Below are positions 59,190 through 64,000 of a stretch of DNA of 64,000 nt, piece after piece. This DNA is from Candidatus Kapaibacteriota bacterium. Its GTDB lineage: Bacteria > Bacteroidota > Ignavibacteria > Kapaibacteriales > Kapaibacteriaceae. The notes under the pieces were generated by a model. That model saw only the letters and a program-made list of their open reading frames with translations. It was not told the origin of the DNA and did not search any database. Location of the stretch: positions 44,744 to 108,743 of the forward strand of contig JBKJNB010000116.1 in the NCBI GenBank assembly GCA_046595995.1. The letters run 5' to 3'. The translations under genes and the position numbers were made by a program. Positions within the stretch are counted from its first letter, which is position 1, and every line of letters starts with the position of its first letter.

Positions 59190-60545
59190 ATGTATCGTCT
59201 GCTTTTTATAGTGGTTTTAGTTGTTCTTACCACCACCGCAACTCTCGCACAACCGTTCTGGATCGAAACAAGTGGTCCGACGCTCGGCACGTTATCGTTG
59301 GAGTCGAACTCGAAAGGCCACGTATTCGCTGGTACGACAAACTCTTCAATCTTCCGCACCTTTAACTGGGGTGCAACGTGGGAGCGCCTCGGATCGGGCC
59401 TACCCAATCAAGGCTTCGATCGACCAATTCGCGACATTTCGATCACGGATGATGATGAGATCTACATCGTGCTGCAAGGTCAGGGCGTCTTCAAATCGGT
59501 TGACAATGGTAGTACGTGGCAGAGCATCAACGCCGGTATTGCAGATTCTGCCGGCATCGTTACAATTCATGCGAAAGCTCTACCTACAGGAATGACGCAG
59601 GTCTATGTTGGCTTTAGCGGCGCTACCTCTGTAAAGACATTCTTGTCGGATAACAGCGGTGCAACATGGATACAAATTCCAGTGCCCGGGGTTCCGAAGA
59701 CGGACTTATATGAAACATTTATTAGCCCAAACAGCGAAAAGCTCATTATTAGCATAGGTTATAATAAAGGCCTTTATCGAAGCACAAATCGCGGCCTGAG
59801 ATGGTTGCGGATTGACACCGATTCAAATGGCAACAATCCGGGTGGAAGCGAGTCGGACGACAACTATCAAACGATACGGGCGAATAGACAAGGCCATATT
59901 TTCGTAGGTAGGCACGCCCTCGAAACTTCGACAGAATATCAGAATGCTTGTATTATGCGCTCGACGAACAACGGCGAGTCGTACGAGTACAAGACGACTG
60001 GCTGGGACCCATTAACTCCCGATACGCGCTCGAATAACCGCGTAACAGGCATTGCATTCGGCACTGGTAACGACGTCTATGCAACGACTGAAAAAGCTGG
60101 GATGTACTTCAGTTCGAATAATGGTGACAATTGGAGTAACCTCACATCTGGTCTTCCAGACAACGGGGCCTGTGCCGCGCTAGCTGCAACGCCGAACAAT
60201 CACATCTTCGCGGCACCAAAAGGATTCAACAATGTGTTCGCGCATCTCGACCCAACGATGTCTGTGAGCGATTTGCCTGCGATTATACAACCAACCGTTT
60301 CGGCTGCCCCAAACCCGGCAAACGACATCGTCACCATTTCGTTTAATCTTGAGCAGGCCGGGCTCGTTCTTGCAGAAGTAGTCTCGATGGATGGCAGCAA
60401 GGTCGTTGCAGACTATGCTCGCGAATTTCTCGCGGGACCGCAAGTAGTGCAGTTCAACACTGGGTCTATGACTACCGGAGTGTATGCGTGGCGTCTTTCA
60501 GCGAACGGCAGCACACGCATGGGACGTTTTATCGTTGCGCACTAA
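59190..60545 (+). CDS. Secreted BNR/Asp-box repeat protein with a T9SS C-terminal sorting domain
   Basis: Signal peptide MYRLLFIVVLVVLTTTATLAQP and at least five S-x-D-x-G-x-T-W boxes (SVDNGSTW, SDNSGATW, NWGATW, SNNGDNW). The C-terminus APNPANDIVTISF...GVYAWRLSA is a Por_Secre_tail. Confidence 0.75.
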   Translation: MYRLLFIVVLVVLTTTATLAQPFWIETSGPTLGTLSLESNSKGHVFAGTTNSSIFRTFNWGATWERLGSGLPNQGFDRPIRDISITDDDEIYIVLQGQGVFKSVDNGSTWQSINAGIADSAGIVTIHAKALPTGMTQVYVGFSGATSVKTFLSDNSGATWIQIPVPGVPKTDLYETFISPNSEKLIISIGYNKGLYRSTNRGLRWLRIDTDSNGNNPGGSESDDNYQTIRANRQGHIFVGRHALETSTEYQNACIMRSTNNGESYEYKTTGWDPLTPDTRSNNRVTGIAFGTGNDVYATTEKAGMYFSSNNGDNWSNLTSGLPDNGACAALAATPNNHIFAAPKGFNNVFAHLDPTMSVSDLPAIIQPTVSAAPNPANDIVTISFNLEQAGLVLAEVVSMDGSKVVADYAREFLAGPQVVQFNTGSMTTGVYAWRLSANGSTRMGRFIVAH

Positions 60546-60960
60546 TTGACGCGATATACCAATTGCTATCATCGAGGCGAGTCGTCAAGAACACAAAGTG
60601 TTTGATGTAATCAACGGTTACGTGAACACGATGGTTCGTGGCGCTTAACGTGTCGGAACGTGTCTCAGTAATCGGTTTTGCCGACATCAGGCGTCGCCAA
60701 CGTTCTACGTCGTCTCTTGTCTCGTAGCGCTCAACAGCTAACAGCCTGCGTCCCGATGCATGAACCATCAGATCTGTTGCTGCCTGTACATTGTTGCTGT
60801 CGAGTGCTGCTTTGAACAAGTACACTACACTTTGCGAGCTGCGTTGACTGCGTTCAACAGACGTCGACTTCTTTTCGGCGCCCACCACGAATAGAGCACA
60901 GCCTGCCGTGGCAGCGGCTGAAACCAGCAGAGCAATTACAACGCTCGAGGGGAGCCTCAT
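60529..60960 (-). CDS. Hypothetical lipoprotein
   Basis: Lipobox LLVSAAATAGC. Coupled to the upstream alpha/beta hydrolase. Confidence 0.45.
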   Translation of the reverse strand: MRLPSSVVIALLVSAAATAGCALFVVGAEKKSTSVERSQRSSQSVVYLFKAALDSNNVQAATDLMVHASGRRLLAVERYETRDDVERWRRLMSAKPITETRSDTLSATNHRVHVTVDYIKHFVFLTTRLDDSNWYIASISAQR

Positions 60961-61823
60961 GTCTGTGCATCCGAAGAGTCAAGCAGAAACGTTGTCGTGT
61001 ACGCGAGCGCTTCAACAAACGCAGGTGTGACTCGGTCAGTCGGATGTGTCATGCCGAACGTGTGTGTGGTATTCGACACGACGGTCAGTGACGCCGGTAC
61101 GTCGGCATCGCGCAATAGTGACTGAACCTCTCTCAGCGGCACCGTCAGATCTTGCTCGGCGTGAACAAACAACAATCGATCGGAGAGGTGTCTGCAGGCG
61201 GCAACCAACGACAGTCGTTCGCGGTTTGCTTCGATGTCCAGCAGGTATGTACTATTCATTTGCAGCATTTGACCCGTGCGTGTGTTTTCCACCTCGACAA
61301 TTCCTGACTCCACCCAAGCGCTACGTTGACGGGGCGTCCATCGCTCCCAATCGCCGACGCTGTTCCAGACAACGACCTTGCGCGCTTCGTGCTCGACACC
61401 TGCTAATTGCGCAATACCGCCGCCGCGAGAATGGCCGACAATCTGCAACACGTTGTTCCAGCGGGATCGAATGAGTGCGACGAGCTCGCTGTCGGACGTT
61501 CGCAAGTTGTTAAGCAAGTCTGCGACATCTTCTAGTTCGCGCGTTATAGTGTTCGCTGCGAAGTCGGACGTACTCATGACGCGATCTGCAGTTCCTCGCA
61601 TACCGTTTTGCGAAAAGTCCAATCGCACAACAAGCATACCGGCGTCCGCTAGGTGTTTTGCAGCTATCGGGAAGAATCCCCAATTCCTAAACCCCTTAAA
61701 GCCGTGGAGTAAGAACACCAAGGGAAGGTGCGCGCCTTCGGCGCTAGGGGGCCAAGTGACTGTTGCGTAGATGACGTCGCCGCGTCGGTTCATCACCTCA
61801 AAATTTGATTCGGACGAAATCAT
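60957..61823 (-). CDS. Alpha/beta-fold hydrolase
   Basis: HG-box LVFLLHGFKG and nucleophile elbow GHSRGG. Confidence 0.75.
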   Translation of the reverse strand: MISSESNFEVMNRRGDVIYATVTWPPSAEGAHLPLVFLLHGFKGFRNWGFFPIAAKHLADAGMLVVRLDFSQNGMRGTADRVMSTSDFAANTITRELEDVADLLNNLRTSDSELVALIRSRWNNVLQIVGHSRGGGIAQLAGVEHEARKVVVWNSVGDWERWTPRQRSAWVESGIVEVENTRTGQMLQMNSTYLLDIEANRERLSLVAACRHLSDRLLFVHAEQDLTVPLREVQSLLRDADVPASLTVVSNTTHTFGMTHPTDRVTPAFVEALAYTTTFLLDSSDAQT

Positions 61824-62509
61824 TCGTCGTCTGCGCCATCGAGCATATCCGGACGTCGAGCACGTGTTTTCGTCCGTGCCTGCTTCTCACGCCATGCCCG
61901 AATAACGGCATGATTACCTGAGAGAAGCTCATTAGGCACTTGCATGCCTCTGAAGTCTGCGGGTTTGGTGTAATGCGGTGAATCGAGTAGACCGTGCATA
62001 AATGAATCGTCTAGTACAGACTCGGCGTCGCCTACTACGCCGGGCAGCAATCGCACGATTGCATCCGTGAGCACGGCGGCGGGCAGTTCACCGCCAGTCA
62101 GAACGTAATCACCGATAGAGAGTTCGCGTGTAACGAGAACGTCGCGTACACGCTGATCTATTCCTTTGTAGTGGCCAGCCAACAGAATCAGATTCTGCCT
62201 TAGTGACAGCTCAGCACACAGATTCTGCGTTAGTAATGTCCCGTCTGGCGTAAGGAAGATTACGTCGTCGTACGTGCGTTCAAGCATGAGTCGATCGATG
62301 CACTTAAAAATCGGCTCTGCTTGTAGGATCATCCCGGCGCCACCGCCGTATGGGGTATCGTCGATATGCTTGAATCGATCGCTGGCAAAATCATGAAGAT
62401 TGTGCAGGACAATTTCGACGAGCCCCTTCTCTTGCGCCCTGCCTACGATGCTCGACTTAAGAAAAGACTCAAGAGATTGCGGCACGGCACAGACGATGTC
62501 GATGCGCAA
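61820..62509 (-). CDS. trmD: tRNA (guanine37-N1)-methyltransferase
   Basis: LRIDIVCAVPQSLESFL...YGGGAGMIL... is the TrmD signature. Start proposed at the TTG (M)RIDIV at 62509. The ORF-track ATG at 62590 would overlap rimM by 47 nt. Confidence 0.85.
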   Translation of the reverse strand: MRIDIVCAVPQSLESFLKSSIVGRAQEKGLVEIVLHNLHDFASDRFKHIDDTPYGGGAGMILQAEPIFKCIDRLMLERTYDDVIFLTPDGTLLTQNLCAELSLRQNLILLAGHYKGIDQRVRDVLVTRELSIGDYVLTGGELPAAVLTDAIVRLLPGVVGDAESVLDDSFMHGLLDSPHYTKPADFRGMQVPNELLSGNHAVIRAWREKQARTKTRARRPDMLDGADDE

Positions 62510-62543
62510 AGCAGCCGCATGTGAGACTTCGGGGTGCAAAGGC

Positions 62544-63119
62544 TCAGTGCTCACTGTTTGCATCCTGTTCGTCAGCATCGTCGGCGTCATCGGCAGATGA
62601 CTTGTTCAACGTATCGAGGCCTTCGAGCAAATGAACCGTCACGCGCTTGTTCAAAGTGTCGACCACTTTTACAACCGATTCGATTACAGGTATTGGAATC
62701 GTTGAGCCGTCGGCGCAGTCGATAATCCACACGTCATTCGCAGGCAGGAGCCAGACTTCGCTAATCGTGCCGAGCACGTTTCCGTTTTCGTTCACGACCT
62801 CGCAACCTTCGATGTCGCCAACCGAATAACGTTCGTCAGACACGGCTACGTCGGTTGAACGCGCGTATACTGCCTGATCGATTAGGGGGCTGGCCGCCTG
62901 GGCCGAGGGGGCTTCAGCAAATGCAATGCGCATGAATTTCGCAGAAGCTTCGAATGTCGTAACGGTCATTGCACGTGCGAACTCGCGCGAGAATCCTACG
63001 CCAACCTGTGACCCGGCTTTAAGGTTCACACGCACTCCCGGTATGTCTACGAGCATCACAACGCCATTCATGCCGTGTGTTCGTGCAATAACCCCGATAT
63101 ATTCATCGAACTCAGTCAT
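62544..63119 (-). CDS. rimM: 16S rRNA processing protein RimM
   Basis: YIGVIARTHGMNGVVMLVDI (RimM N-domain) and a PRC-barrel C-domain. Confidence 0.85.
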   Translation of the reverse strand: MTEFDEYIGVIARTHGMNGVVMLVDIPGVRVNLKAGSQVGVGFSREFARAMTVTTFEASAKFMRIAFAEAPSAQAASPLIDQAVYARSTDVAVSDERYSVGDIEGCEVVNENGNVLGTISEVWLLPANDVWIIDCADGSTIPIPVIESVVKVVDTLNKRVTVHLLEGLDTLNKSSADDADDADEQDANSEH

Positions 63120-63122
63120 AAA

Positions 63123-63152
63123 TAAAAACGCCGCATTTGTGGGTGCGGCGTC
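63123..63152 (-). terminator. Rho-independent terminator after the sigma-factor gene (minus strand)
   Basis: The minus strand reads gccgcacccacaaatgcggc followed by gtttttattt. Confidence 0.6.
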
Positions 63153-63180
63153 TCTTGTAATTGTTCATGTACGCCGGTCG

Positions 63181-64000
63181 TTATCCGAGGTATGCGCGAA
63201 GTGCTTTGGAGCGCGACGCGTGACGAAGACGACGGATGGCTTTTTCTTTGATCTGACGGACACGTTCGCGAGTGAGGTTGAACTTTTCGCCGATTTCTTC
63301 GAGCGTCAGAGCTTGCTGATCGTCCAAGCCAAAATAGAGTCGGATGACTTCAGCTTCACGTTCCGAAAGAGTGTTCAATACCTGCTGCACTTCTACGCGA
63401 AGTGATTCACGCATGAGCTCGCTGTCAGGCGGTGGTTGCTGGTCGTTTGGCAGGATGTCAAGAAGGCGATTGTCTTCGCCCTGCACGAATGGAGCATCGA
63501 CCGAAAGGTGGCGTCCAGAGATCTTAATGGTCTCGCTGATCTCGGCAATCGACATATCCAACTGTTCAGCGAGTTCTGCGGCCGTCGGTTCGCGCTCGTA
63601 TTGTTGTTCGAGTTCAGAGAACTTCTTGCCAATCTTGTTCAGAGCACCGACTCGATTTAGTGGAAGGCGAACAATACGCGACTGTTCAGCAAGAGCCTGA
63701 AGGATGGATTGACGAATCCACCATACAGCGTAAGAGATGAATTTGAATCCGCGGGTCTCATCGAAACGTTTAGCAGCCTTGATCAAACCAAGGTTACCTT
63801 CGTTGATGAGGTCTCCCAGAGACAATCCTTGATTTTGATACTGTTTCGCGACAGAGACAACGAATCGAAGATTGGCCTTTACGAGTCGTTCGAGCGCAAC
63901 GGATCCTTCGAATCCACCACGACGAATGGCTTGGGCCAACACAATTTCATCGTCACCAGTAAGAAGTTCGACGCGACCAATTTCCTGTAGGTACTTGTCG
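63181..64000 (-). CDS. rpoD: RNA polymerase sigma factor, sigma-70 family (RpoD/group-1-like), 5'-truncated by the window edge
   Basis: Regions 2-4 are present: ...[14 protein letters not shown]..., [18 protein letters not shown] and the region-4 [33 protein letters not shown]. The reading frame continues past nt 64000. Confidence 0.88.
   Translation of the reverse strand, partial: DKYLQEIGRVELLTGDDEIVLAQAIRRGGFEGSVALERLVKANLRFVVSVAKQYQNQGLSLGDLINEGNLGLIKAAKRFDETRGFKFISYAVWWIRQSILQALAEQSRIVRLPLNRVGALNKIGKKFSELEQQYEREPTAAELAEQLDMSIAEISETIKISGRHLSVDAPFVQGEDNRLLDILPNDQQPPPDSELMRESLRVEVQQVLNTLSEREAEVIRLYFGLDDQQALTLEEIGEKFNLTRERVRQIKEKAIRRLRHASRSKALRAYLG

Noticed and set aside
1-64000. Search for CRISPR arrays, transposases or integrases and phage genes
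   Set aside because: No direct-repeat/spacer periodicity and no recombinase or transposase-like ORFs. The window looks like core chromosome.

Overview
This is a gene-dense chromosomal window, about 90% coding, with moderately high GC and no mobile elements, CRISPR arrays, tRNAs or rRNAs. Most genes are housekeeping: rpsF–rplI, a 2-oxoacid dehydrogenase E2, dtd, thyX, cytochrome c peroxidase, secA, nifS, gdh, hppD, asparaginase, alr, scpAB, lipA, metH, purN, purM, recQ, mpl, trmD, rimM and a group-1 sigma factor. Four large secreted proteins carry Bacteroidota-type T9SS C-terminal sorting domains, so the source is most likely an FCB-group bacterium (Bacteroidota, Rhodothermota, Ignavibacteriota or a relative). 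One non-coding RNA stands out: a type-A RNase P RNA on the minus strand at about 31127-31553, in the conserved Nif3 – COG1579 zinc-ribbon – rnpB arrangement. The most unusual element is an eight-gene translationally coupled operon at 6270-13841 (six junctions of <=1 nt; 9919 overlaps tktC by 23 nt, 12110 follows a 29-nt gap). It joins a nonulosonic-acid-type core (NeuC/PseG-like GT-B enzyme, SpsF-like cytidylyltransferase, SAF-less NeuB-like synthase) with a split transketolase, a HemL-like class-III aminotransferase, a classical SDR and a membrane fatty-acid-hydroxylase-family di-iron enzyme. No characterised CMP-sialic, legionaminic, pseudaminic or Kdo pathway contains that set, so it is the best candidate here for an undescribed glycan or lipid-headgroup biosynthetic system. 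Other oddities are a (CCCAAT)n hexanucleotide repeat at an operon gene junction, a ribosomal S6 with an RDGG-repeat tail and no rpsR between rpsF and rplI, a 1583-aa T9SS cargo protein with no recognisable domain, and an S8 protease / FG-GAP / Fn3 T9SS protein translationally coupled to recQ. All calls come from reading the translations and the DNA; no database searches were run.
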